DNA of 64,000 nt from an uncultured virus (IMG/VR IMGVR_UViG_2786546887_000004). Lineage: Duplodnaviria > Heunggongvirae > Uroviricota > Caudoviricetes. The translations under genes and the position numbers were made by a program. Where the stretch lies: IMG/VR virus record IMGVR_UViG_2786546887_000004. One strand, given 5' to 3'. Numbering within the stretch: the stretch's first letter is position 1; each line of letters begins with the position of its first letter. The notes under the pieces are model-generated. The model made no database searches, was not told the origin of the DNA, and saw nothing but the letters and a program-made list of their open reading frames with translations. Of this stretch, positions 1 through 8,643 are shown piece by piece.

Positions 1-12
1 TGTATGCTCTTA

Positions 13-297
13 TCATACTTTCCTTCCCATTGTTTTAAAATCAGCAGCGTCAACAACTTGATAATTACCTTTGTTGTAAGCGATACCGATTGTTTTACCA
101 GCAGGCATTTTTGCTTTAGGTAAAGTTCTCTTTACACAAGCGCCTGGGATCCTATCACTCGTAGGTATAGAATTTCTTTTAAGACCATTAATGTCTAGTG
201 TTAAATCGGGTAATGAAAAACCCATAAGTGTCTTTTTGAAAGACGGTCTGTTTATACTTTTATATATCTCTTTTTGTGATCTTTTTAATGATTTCAT
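13..297 (-). CDS. Hypothetical basic protein
   Basis: 94-aa ORF on the coding strand, just downstream of a sigma70-like promoter. Confidence 0.65.
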   Translation of the reverse strand: MKSLKRSQKEIYKSINRPSFKKTLMGFSLPDLTLDINGLKRNSIPTSDRIPGACVKRTLPKAKMPAGKTIGIAYNKGNYQVVDAADFKTMGRKV

Positions 298-433
298 TTA
301 AATGTTTCTTTATATTATCGCACTCTTTACTAATTTTGTCAAGCGTTATTTCAGCACTAATTGTTAGGGAAATACAATATGCTAACCCTAACATTATAAA
401 AAGTAATAGAATCAATTGTAATGTATCACCCAT
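260..433 (-). CDS. Small membrane protein (57 aa, not in ORF track)
   Basis: Manual translation MGDTLQLILLLFIMLGLAYCISLTISAEITLDK...; hydrophobic N-terminus; overlaps both neighbours. Confidence 0.45.
   Translation of the reverse strand: MGDTLQLILLLFIMLGLAYCISLTISAEITLDKISKECDNIKKHLNEIIKKITKRDI
314..342 (-). promoter_or_regulatory. sigma70-type promoter
   Basis: TTGACA-N17-GATAAT on the minus strand. Confidence 0.65.
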
Positions 434-827
434 ATTTAAAGTACTTCACCTTTCCCTCTACGTAACCATATCTTTTAATCTTTAAATCTGGTTTTGTAAA
501 CATAGAATTTGCGTCACCTTGTTTATAACCTTTCTTATGTGAAAGTGTTATGTGAGCAGCACCATTGTCGTTTCTCTTAATCTTTTTGTCATCTTCTAAT
601 AAGAACATATCGCCAACCCAAAATGCTTCAATATTAGCATTTGATCTATAACCTTTAATCATAGCACCTACTTTTTTACCTATTAGTTTAGAGTATTTGT
701 CATAAACTTCTTTAACAGGTTTATATGCAAGTGTTATATGATCTGAAACTATAACAGGCATTGTAGCACTTTTCTTAACTGCATTACAACTCTGTTTATC
801 TAATTGTATAGCAAAGTATCCGTTCAT
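426..827 (-). CDS. 2H phosphoesterase superfamily protein
   Basis: Two HxT motifs (DHITLAY and AHITLSH) about 60 aa apart in a 133-aa protein. Confidence 0.7.
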   Translation of the reverse strand: MNGYFAIQLDKQSCNAVKKSATMPVIVSDHITLAYKPVKEVYDKYSKLIGKKVGAMIKGYRSNANIEAFWVGDMFLLEDDKKIKRNDNGAAHITLSHKKGYKQGDANSMFTKPDLKIKRYGYVEGKVKYFKYG

Positions 828-1288
828 TATTTTCCTAGTTTACTTTCATTTTCTAAATTAATAGCAACATCAATATCTGATTCTTCTTTAGTACCATGAT
901 CAACTAATTTAATTTTAGTTAATTGATGAGGTTCGTCTTCATCAGCATAATTGTCAATATGGATATCTTCATTTTCAATCGCCTCTTCTAAAGTTTGATT
1001 GTATGAGTCAGTATCATATTTTACTTTACCAATATATTTTGTATTATCAGTATCAGTATAGTTAGCGTCAACAACATAAGTTTCAACACCATCACTTGTT
1101 TGTGTTAAGTCGTCTCTGATTTTACTATGATCTAGTCCACCAAAGTCTAAAAACTTTTGATCTGCCTCGTCTTTATCTTTTGCCAATACATCTTGTTCAA
1201 CAACAAGTGTATAGTATTTTTTTGATCTGTATAGGTTTTTACCTACATCATCTTTAAATGTATATACATTAGTTTCTACTTTTGCCAT
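827..1288 (-). CDS. Hypothetical acidic protein
   Basis: 153-aa ORF with GGAGG SD; abuts the next gene. Confidence 0.75.
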   Translation of the reverse strand: MAKVETNVYTFKDDVGKNLYRSKKYYTLVVEQDVLAKDKDEADQKFLDFGGLDHSKIRDDLTQTSDGVETYVVDANYTDTDNTKYIGKVKYDTDSYNQTLEEAIENEDIHIDNYADEDEPHQLTKIKLVDHGTKEESDIDVAINLENESKLGK

Positions 1289-1724
1289 ATGTATTTCCTC
1301 CTTCTCTTTTTAGTTCATTTTTGTAAGTTCTAGCGTCTAAACTTTTTGTTAAGTCAGGCGCAAAATCGTATTTAAAGAATTGTCTAGTATTCCATAACTG
1401 ACCATAATCATTAAAAAATGATTTATCATATTCAGTAATATCACCACCAAACTCATCTTCATAGGTTCTGTAATATTCATCACCAGTAAGTATTTCTACC
1501 TCACTATGATTTGTAGCATTCGTAGCAGTTTCAATAAAATTTTTATCACAGAAAGTTTTTACTTTTTTAAAATTTGATTTAGTATTTAAAGTCTTTAAAT
1601 GTTTAATAGGTACATTTCTGAATATTGTATAATAGATAGGAAAGAAATCATAATCTTCACTATCTTGGTATTCTCTTTTGTACACTAAATTAAAAGTATT
1701 ATTTTTTGTAAGTTTTTGTGTCAT
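1269..1724 (-). CDS. Hypothetical early protein
   Basis: 151-aa ORF, first gene after the 1733-1761 promoter. Confidence 0.75.
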   Translation of the reverse strand: MTQKLTKNNTFNLVYKREYQDSEDYDFFPIYYTIFRNVPIKHLKTLNTKSNFKKVKTFCDKNFIETATNATNHSEVEILTGDEYYRTYEDEFGGDITEYDKSFFNDYGQLWNTRQFFKYDFAPDLTKSLDARTYKNELKREGGNTYGKSRN

Positions 1725-1732
1725 ATACGTAT

Positions 1733-1761
1733 AATATACACTATATTAGGATATTAAACAA
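1733..1761 (-). promoter_or_regulatory. sigma70-like early promoter (extended -10)
   Basis: TTGTTT-N17-TATATT with TG just upstream of the -10. Confidence 0.5.
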
Positions 1762-1805
1762 GCACTATTCCTGTTGATTTTACTAGGTTTTTAATATTTT
1801 AGAGG

Positions 1806-1822
1806 GCGCATTTTGACGCACA
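1806..1822. promoter_or_regulatory. Quasi-palindromic operator-like motif, copy 1
   Basis: GCGCATTTTGACGCACA; related copies at 59974 and 62254. Confidence 0.6.
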
Positions 1823-1827
1823 TAGAA

Positions 1828-1842
1828 GAACAAAGCGTGAAC
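1828..1842. promoter_or_regulatory. Alphaproteobacterial-type LexA (SOS) box, copy 1
   Basis: GAAC-AAAGCGT-GAAC matches GAAC-N7-GAAC exactly; intergenic. Confidence 0.55.
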
Positions 1843-1844
1843 AT

Positions 1845-2279
1845 CTATAAAGATTCGTTGTATTCATTAACTAATTGTGTGCCTAGTTCAAAGCAGGTCT
1901 GCATATCATCTAACACATAGGCATCAACAAACCTATAACCATTCTCTAGCATGCTCATAATCCTTTTGCAACCTCTACTTGCCACATATATAAAACCATC
2001 TTCGTTAATTTTGATAATTGTACTAGGATTTCTATAAGGTATATTACCTATCTTTTCGCCTTGCCATCTTTCAGGTGTTATTTTACACACTACTAATGGA
2101 TTGATTAAATGATGTTTAATATAGGTCTTACCTATCTCTCTAGGAATATATGTAAGTTTAGTTATATCAACTACTTGTACAGGTATGTTAAAACCTCTGT
2201 GACCATAGAAGTATCTAGGACAATATCGTTTCTTTGCTTGTAAGTATTTACCAGGATCAAAGTTTTCTACTATCGCCAT
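1845..2279 (-). CDS. ParB/Srx-like domain protein
   Basis: LINPLVV...SRGCKR...GYRFVDAYV resembles the ParB N-terminal P-h-h-V / G-x-x-R pattern. Confidence 0.45.
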   Translation of the reverse strand: MAIVENFDPGKYLQAKKRYCPRYFYGHRGFNIPVQVVDITKLTYIPREIGKTYIKHHLINPLVVCKITPERWQGEKIGNIPYRNPSTIIKINEDGFIYVASRGCKRIMSMLENGYRFVDAYVLDDMQTCFELGTQLVNEYNESL

Positions 2280-2962
2280 AAATCTTTAATCCATTCACCA
2301 CTCTGATACTTCATGGCATAGTCTGGATTAGGGTGACCATGAAATACACATATCTTACTATCTGTCTTTAATGGATGTTGATCAGGTTTATATTTGTCGT
2401 ACTTTTTAGGTTTGCCTCTTTCAGGCCATTTGTATGAATATGTCCACTCATCAGGAAAGTAAACTTTCTGTTTATGTTCCCACATCAAATCTGTAATTAC
2501 ATTTTGATCACCATGTAATTTATCAAATGTATCTTTTCTTTCAATATATGTTTTCCATATATGATTATGATGTTTCTGATTAAATCTTAACACACTAGAA
2601 TTTATTGTTGTAGTAGGTTGACCAAAGTCTCTAATCACGCAAAAATCTTCATCTTTACCATATGTAAAAAACTCATCTAGGTTGCCTACAATAACTACAT
2701 CTAAATCAATATATAAACAATTACCCTCTAAACCTAATTCAGGATTATACAGGTGCATTTTATTCCACCAGTGTTGTAATTGTGGGTCTGGTATTCTTAT
2801 TGGTTTAATGTTTTCTGAAAATGCGTTATGATCTCGGTCTGATAAACAATAGAAGTTAAAAGGTAAAGTTGTATTTCTCTTTACCATATTGTAAAGAGTT
2901 TCTACATACTTCTCTGAATATTTTGCACCCCAAAGTACACATATAAAATTATTCTGGCCCAT
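2270..2962 (-). CDS. Glycosyltransferase (GT-A)
   Basis: WGAKY, WWNK, YIDLDVV (DxD), NSSV, GDQ and VFHG.P motifs. Confidence 0.8.
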   Translation of the reverse strand: MGQNNFICVLWGAKYSEKYVETLYNMVKRNTTLPFNFYCLSDRDHNAFSENIKPIRIPDPQLQHWWNKMHLYNPELGLEGNCLYIDLDVVIVGNLDEFFTYGKDEDFCVIRDFGQPTTTINSSVLRFNQKHHNHIWKTYIERKDTFDKLHGDQNVITDLMWEHKQKVYFPDEWTYSYKWPERGKPKKYDKYKPDQHPLKTDSKICVFHGHPNPDYAMKYQSGEWIKDLWR

Positions 2963-3767
2963 ATTGATGTTTTAAAGTTTCGTATGCCACGCCATTAGAC
3001 ATTTCTTCTATTGTAAATTGATTCTCTACTACGAATTTAATCCACTCATTCATTGTCTTTCGGCCTGGTCTAAAAGGTTTTTCTACATATTTAGGGTGCC
3101 TTGAAGTTATTGGCCATGCAACATTTTGACCTTCACATATAGCAGGCACTTTATTCATTACTGCGTCTATGGCTGCCAAACTCATATTTGTAACCAAACA
3201 ATGACAATCTTTTAAATCATCTTTTATATCTGTTTCCCACCACTCATTACCTGGTCGTGGTTTATTTCTTACTCTAATCTCTCTATTAGTATGTTGTTTT
3301 AAATCTTTTGTGACTTGTTGTATATATTCTTCTTGCGACATACCATTACATTCTCTTGTCACCGTATCTGAAGATGGACATAAAAGTATATGTTTTGTTT
3401 CGCCCATATTCCAACCTTTAAATGTGACATCAATACCTTTACTTTCTAAATCAACTATTCTTCTACCAGGTCCTACTTTACCTTTATTACTATGAATATC
3501 ACCTTTGACTATTCTAAAATATGTCTTATCGTAATCATGTATTTTAGGTGCTGGGTATCTTGTTATCTGTTGAGTAAAATAACCTACATCAACATACCAC
3601 CATTCTTTTTTATTCACTATACAATCTTTAATTAGTTCTCTATTTGCACCACCTAATCCCCAAAAAAAATGTATCTCTTTATCTTCATCTTGCCAACCCT
3701 TTTCTATATGTGGCCATATCTCATGCGATAAACATTTATCCCATTTCATTTTGTGAGTTATAATCAT
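2949..3767 (-). CDS. Capsule-synthesis-like (GT-B-like) protein, paralog 1
   Basis: Acidic-G-Y..YFR, ILLCPSS, IRVRNKP and S-x-A-A-I-D-A..VP pattern shared with the 3880 and 12965 ORFs; start reassigned to MIITHK. Confidence 0.55.
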   Translation of the reverse strand: MIITHKMKWDKCLSHEIWPHIEKGWQDEDKEIHFFWGLGGANRELIKDCIVNKKEWWYVDVGYFTQQITRYPAPKIHDYDKTYFRIVKGDIHSNKGKVGPGRRIVDLESKGIDVTFKGWNMGETKHILLCPSSDTVTRECNGMSQEEYIQQVTKDLKQHTNREIRVRNKPRPGNEWWETDIKDDLKDCHCLVTNMSLAAIDAVMNKVPAICEGQNVAWPITSRHPKYVEKPFRPGRKTMNEWIKFVVENQFTIEEMSNGVAYETLKHQYGPE

Positions 3768-3895
3768 CCGCCAAATCCTGTCCAGTTCCAAGGGTCTTTA
3801 AACTTGTCTTCTTCACTTTTATGTTGTGGTGCTTCACTTCTTAAAATTAACACTATTACAATTCCTAAACAAAGCCAGATCACGCAAATCTCCAT
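3764..3895 (-). CDS. Small membrane peptide (43 aa, not in ORF track)
   Basis: MEICVIWLCLGIVIVLILRSEAPQ...WNWTGFGG; ATGA overlap with the downstream gene. Confidence 0.55.
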   Translation of the reverse strand: MEICVIWLCLGIVIVLILRSEAPQHKSEEDKFKDPWNWTGFGG

Positions 3896-4698
3896 GCACT
3901 TACTTTTTTATATGCAACTCCATTTTCTATCTCTGACATTGTAAATTGATTAGCAAGTAAACTATCTATCCACTTTTGTCTATCCTCTGCATAATGTGGT
4001 TGTTCTATCTCTAATAAATTTGTTTTTGAAACAGGTAACCCACATGAAATACCATCTACGAAACTAGGCACACCATTTAATAATGCGTCTATACAAGCTG
4101 TTGTGTTAAATGATACACAGGCAAATGCCTCTTCTAATTGTTTTTCTAATGAGTCTGTTGAGTTCTTTTGTCTTACCACAATCTCTCTTTTAGTTGCACT
4201 TTTAATCTGTATTATTGTATCTTCTTCCCAATCAGGACAACCATAAAATTTCTTTGCGTGTTCTGATGGTGGTAATACTAAAATATATTTACCTTCTTTT
4301 TTCCAAGGTTTTATATCTATATGTTTCTTGTACTTTTCTATTCTATCGTAATCGTCTTTTTCTAATTTATCAATGTAAGTTAATGAGAAATCGTTTCTAG
4401 TTATTCTGTAAATCTTTTCATTTAGTAATCCAGACCCATGTCTTTTACCAAATCTATAAGCATGGTCAAAATAAAAAAATACTTGTGGTTTTGCCATACA
4501 ATGTTTTATAAGATCACCAGTACCTCTTAATACACCAAATACTGCAATAGGTAAACTAAAATCTTTAAATGAAGGCCACTCTGTATTTTCGTATTGATCT
4601 ACCGTCTTTACTTTTTTATGAATAGTGCCATCTGCACTTTTGACAAATGCTCTAATAGGTATGTCTGTTATTTCTCTAGTTTCAAACCCTTGTATCAT
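3880..4698 (-). CDS. Capsule-synthesis-like (GT-B-like) protein, paralog 2
   Basis: ILVLPPS, REIVVRQK, TTACIDALLNGVPSF, NQFTxxE; start reassigned to MIQGFET. Confidence 0.55.
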   Translation of the reverse strand: MIQGFETREITDIPIRAFVKSADGTIHKKVKTVDQYENTEWPSFKDFSLPIAVFGVLRGTGDLIKHCMAKPQVFFYFDHAYRFGKRHGSGLLNEKIYRITRNDFSLTYIDKLEKDDYDRIEKYKKHIDIKPWKKEGKYILVLPPSEHAKKFYGCPDWEEDTIIQIKSATKREIVVRQKNSTDSLEKQLEEAFACVSFNTTACIDALLNGVPSFVDGISCGLPVSKTNLLEIEQPHYAEDRQKWIDSLLANQFTMSEIENGVAYKKVSAWRFA

Positions 4699-5344
4699 TA
4701 TAATATTTAAACCAATTCTGCGAATAATCACACTCTTTATATTCTTTAAACCAAGGACCACCCTCTGTAAAATGAACATTCTTAATATCATCTTTGTGTT
4801 CATATTCACCTGCTAACCAGTTCCACTCTAAAGGTAAATCTCCTATTAAGTGATCACCTTCTAACCATTTAAATTGATGTAATTCTAAACCACTTGCTCT
4901 ATTTACATAGTCAGGTGTTAGTGCTGTACACTTCTTACAATTCATCAACATAAAACTAGACCAGTTCTTTTTAGGATAAACCGTCTGCACTTGATTTAAA
5001 AACTTAACACTACTTTTTGGTGTGTAATCATGTTTACAAACTTGCACTGCGTATTTGTCATCTCTTAATCGCCATAGTTCAGCAATGTCTGCCTCCATCA
5101 ACATATCACAATCCATAAACAATGCCCAACCTTGATAGTTCATTAAGTATGGTGTTAGAAATCTACTAAATGAAAACTCTGTTGAAGATAATTTATTTCT
5201 TTCTCTTACAAAGTCATCTTTTAAATTACTTAATGCAATGGGTGTAATAGATACAGGTTTTGTACTATTCTGTATTATGCTATGTGATAAGGTAGTAAAC
5301 GCTGCCTTTTCTTTTGTATCGTATCCTATAAAAACTTTAATCAT
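4682..5344 (-). CDS. Glycosyltransferase (GT-A, GT8-like)
   Basis: STEFSFSRF, FMDCDML (DxD), YPKKNWSS, LHQF, HFTEGGPW. Confidence 0.85.
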   Translation of the reverse strand: MIKVFIGYDTKEKAAFTTLSHSIIQNSTKPVSITPIALSNLKDDFVRERNKLSSTEFSFSRFLTPYLMNYQGWALFMDCDMLMEADIAELWRLRDDKYAVQVCKHDYTPKSSVKFLNQVQTVYPKKNWSSFMLMNCKKCTALTPDYVNRASGLELHQFKWLEGDHLIGDLPLEWNWLAGEYEHKDDIKNVHFTEGGPWFKEYKECDYSQNWFKYYNDTRV

Positions 5345-5742
5345 TATTCATTCTCATATGTTTTGTCTATTGCCGATACATCTTCGTTTACAGCATGACC
5401 TTGAGACTCTCTTGTTATATCATCATGGCTAAACTCTGCCCAATATAATTCAAATGCTACACCATCTTCTAAACCTATAAACTCATGGTATAAACCTGGT
5501 TTAACTCTAGTGAAATCACCTGCTTTTAATATTGTTTCGTCTATCAGACCTTGTTGACTTCCTTGTTGCCATACTCTAACCATCATCTCACCTGACTCAA
5601 TAAAAAACCCATTCCATTTATAGTCATGTTTATGTTTAGAACACGCAACATTTTTTTTGTATTCTATTCTATGAAATTCTAATACACCGTTTGCGTGTAT
5701 CAGTTCAGTTTTGCCCCATATCTTTCCTGCTTTTATTCCCAT
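5344..5742 (-). CDS. Cupin (sugar isomerase-like)
   Basis: KIWG, CSKHKH, G..H.F cupin pattern. Confidence 0.7.
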   Translation of the reverse strand: MGIKAGKIWGKTELIHANGVLEFHRIEYKKNVACSKHKHDYKWNGFFIESGEMMVRVWQQGSQQGLIDETILKAGDFTRVKPGLYHEFIGLEDGVAFELYWAEFSHDDITRESQGHAVNEDVSAIDKTYENE

Positions 5743-5743
5743 A

Positions 5744-6472
5744 TTACATCCTTTGTGAAATCCATTCTGGACTATTATTTTGTTCTTTTCTATTACCTTT
5801 TCTATGGTCTATATATTCATTCATTAAAGCGTGTCTTGCCATAATATGAGCATTCTTACCATCGCCTAATTTTTGTTCAGAATAATCGTTTTTAAATGTT
5901 CCCATATATGTTCTAGTAGCGTCAAATGTATGACAATCTGTATAGGCAGGTAAATCATAGACCGTATCTTTGATATACCATTCAACATACTTGTCAAAAA
6001 ATTGTTGTGTACATTCTTTTCTTGTATCAAATGCTATAAAACCTGTCTCTGTATATTGATTAGGTCTGTCGTAAAATGCAACAAACTTATCTCCTAATAC
6101 TGCGTCAAACCATTGATCTGGCATTCTCTTTTGAAATACGCAATCTGCGTCAACATAAAATAATCTTTTACCTTTTTCGTCTATACTAGCTGCCTTTTGA
6201 GCAAATACTTTGTATGAGAATCTACAAGCGTCTTTGTAGTAAGCGTCAAATGGTCTTTGATTATTTCTTTCAACAAATTGTTTTACTAAAGGTTCTTTCT
6301 CAAACAGATTTCTAAATTCTATTAAATGATGTTTAGGATATTTCTTTACATCATCCTCTACATAAACAATCATAGGAGTTGTTTGATGTGTAGCAGTATA
6401 TGTTGAGATTAACCTATGAGCATAAGACTTATATAAACTCATGTTAAATGTACTTACAAATATTTTATCCAT
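5744..6472 (-). CDS. Glycosyltransferase (GT-A)
   Basis: RFSYKVF, YVDAD (DxD), ETGF, DCHTFD, HRKG. Confidence 0.7.
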   Translation of the reverse strand: MDKIFVSTFNMSLYKSYAHRLISTYTATHQTTPMIVYVEDDVKKYPKHHLIEFRNLFEKEPLVKQFVERNNQRPFDAYYKDACRFSYKVFAQKAASIDEKGKRLFYVDADCVFQKRMPDQWFDAVLGDKFVAFYDRPNQYTETGFIAFDTRKECTQQFFDKYVEWYIKDTVYDLPAYTDCHTFDATRTYMGTFKNDYSEQKLGDGKNAHIMARHALMNEYIDHRKGNRKEQNNSPEWISQRM

Positions 6473-7463
6473 ATCTTCTCATATCAGCGTCAACCATATC
6501 TTTAACTAGACTATCAAATGTATGTTTAGGTTTCCAGTTAAGTACGGTTCTTGCTTTTTTAGCATCCCCTTTTAATATATCTACTTCAGCAGGTCTATAA
6601 TTACTAGTATCTGATTTAAATATTAATCTACCTGTAGCATAATCAGATACAGAATTACCAACCCAGGATGGTTTAATTCCTGCATATTCTAAACACTTAT
6701 CAATCCATTGTCTAACGGTATGTGTTTGACCTGTTGCAAGAACATAGTCGTCTGGTCTTTTCATATTCATCATAGTGACCATACCTTCAACAAAGTCTTC
6801 AGCGTGACCCCAATCTCTTACTGCGTCTAAATTACCTACTAATGTATGTTCACCTGTTTTTTTCCATTTTGCAAGACCTTTTGTGACTTTTCTTGTTATA
6901 AAATCCGTGCCTCTTAAAGGACTTTCATGGTTAAATAATATACCTGAACAACCAAAGATACCGTATGCCTCTCTGTAATTTACGGTTATAGCATGACCAA
7001 ATAGTTTTGCACAACCATATGGTGATCTAGGTTGAAAAGGTGTCTTTTCGTTTTGAGGTATCTGTGCTACTTTACCAAACATCTCACTTGTGGATGCCTG
7101 ATAAAATTTAATTCTGTGATTTACTTGTCTTATACTTTCTAATATTCTTAACACACCCATACCATCTATAAGTGTAGCAAGTTCAGGTTGCTCAAATGAT
7201 AAGGCAACAAATGATTGTGCTGCTAGATTATATACTACTTCAGGTTCTGATTTTTCTATTGCTCTTCTAATGTTTGCTTGATCTATTACATCTAGTTCTA
7301 CAAACTCTACATCTTTTGTAATACCTAATTCATCTAATCGCCAATACTTATTAGTAGTAGTTCTTCTTTCACCACCATATACTTTGTATCCTTTTTCTAA
7401 TAAATTTTTTGCTAGATAAGCACCATCTTGTCCTGTGATACCTGTTATTAAAGCCTTCTTCAT
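6465..7463 (-). CDS. gmd: GDP-mannose 4,6-dehydratase
   Basis: ALITGITGQDGAYLA, YQASTSE, SPYGCAK, NHESP, RDWGHA. Confidence 0.95.
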   Translation of the reverse strand: MKKALITGITGQDGAYLAKNLLEKGYKVYGGERRTTTNKYWRLDELGITKDVEFVELDVIDQANIRRAIEKSEPEVVYNLAAQSFVALSFEQPELATLIDGMGVLRILESIRQVNHRIKFYQASTSEMFGKVAQIPQNEKTPFQPRSPYGCAKLFGHAITVNYREAYGIFGCSGILFNHESPLRGTDFITRKVTKGLAKWKKTGEHTLVGNLDAVRDWGHAEDFVEGMVTMMNMKRPDDYVLATGQTHTVRQWIDKCLEYAGIKPSWVGNSVSDYATGRLIFKSDTSNYRPAEVDILKGDAKKARTVLNWKPKHTFDSLVKDMVDADMRRYG

Positions 7464-8620
7464 ACTAATCCTTTTATTATATCATAGACCATATCTATGT
7501 TTTCTTTTAAGTCTCTTACATCATTACCAATAAACAAACCATGATCGTGTATATAATTTGCACTATCATAATTGTTATGGTCTAGGTATGTTATGTAATC
7601 TATAACAGGATTTTTCATAAAGTTACCTGCAACAATAGGTCTACACTCAACACCACTATCTCTTAATTTTTTAACTAGTTCATCTCGTTTGCCTTTTAAA
7701 TGATTTTCTAATATGATTGAAAAACCAAACCAACTTGATGAACCTATTTCTGTTTGTATTCTAATACCAAACAAATCTTTAAATTTTTCTGTAAAGTATT
7801 CTGCATTTAATACTCTTTGTCTTCTCATCTCAGGCCATTTCTTTAGTTGTACACTTCCTATTGCACCACTCATCTCTAAAGGTCTGACACTATAACCTGG
7901 CGTGACAAATGTAAAACTATCTTTAAATGGGTCGCCTGTTTTTGTGTAGATGTTATTATTGTCGGGTAAGTCTCTACACCAACCATGCGCCCTTAATGAT
8001 CTTATATAATCTGCGTCTTCTTTACTTTGACAAGCAATCATGCCACCTTCCATAGTTTGTAAATGATGACTAAAGAAGAAACTAAAACTGCCCATTTTAC
8101 CTATTGTACCTGTGTACTTATCTAAATCGTTATTGATTGCACCTAGACTTTCACAATTGTCCTCTATCAATACTAGACCATGTTTATCTGCAATCTCTTT
8201 AATCTTCTTATAATCACATGAGTTACCTAAAAGATTAACTGCGAATATAGCACACGTTTCTGCGTCTATAGCCGCCTCTATTTTAGTGGTATCTATGTTT
8301 AGAGTATCTTTGTCTATATCTACGAAATTAAGATGAAACCCATATTGATATGCTGGGAAGTAAGTAGTAGACCATGAAACTGCGGGAACAATGATATTAC
8401 CCCCTAGTTTGTATTTCTCTCTTAATATTGCTAACATGAGTAAGTTCGCTGTTGATCCACTATTGACCATTACTGCGTCCTCACATTTAAAGTAATCGCA
8501 AAACTCTTTTTCAAATTGCTTAACTTTAGGTCCCATGGTATATCTACCACCCTCTATGACCTCATGTATTGCTTTTATTTCTCTTTGATCCCAAGTATCA
8601 CAAGCCAATGGATATTTCAT
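7460..8620 (-). CDS. PLP-dependent DegT-family enzyme, ColD-like GDP-4-keto-6-deoxymannose 3-dehydratase
   Basis: NSGSTAN, EDNCES, SFFFSHHLQTMEGG with His at the usual Schiff-base Lys position; adjacent to gmd. Confidence 0.8.
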   Translation of the reverse strand: MKYPLACDTWDQREIKAIHEVIEGGRYTMGPKVKQFEKEFCDYFKCEDAVMVNSGSTANLLMLAILREKYKLGGNIIVPAVSWSTTYFPAYQYGFHLNFVDIDKDTLNIDTTKIEAAIDAETCAIFAVNLLGNSCDYKKIKEIADKHGLVLIEDNCESLGAINNDLDKYTGTIGKMGSFSFFFSHHLQTMEGGMIACQSKEDADYIRSLRAHGWCRDLPDNNNIYTKTGDPFKDSFTFVTPGYSVRPLEMSGAIGSVQLKKWPEMRRQRVLNAEYFTEKFKDLFGIRIQTEIGSSSWFGFSIILENHLKGKRDELVKKLRDSGVECRPIVAGNFMKNPVIDYITYLDHNNYDSANYIHDHGLFIGNDVRDLKENIDMVYDIIKGLV

Positions 8621-8635
8621 AATCTTCCTTTCATA

Positions 8636-8643
8636 TATTTATA
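8636..8643 (-). promoter_or_regulatory. T4-type late promoter
   Basis: TATAAATA 16 nt upstream of the ColD-like ATG, followed by an AAGGA SD. Confidence 0.65.
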
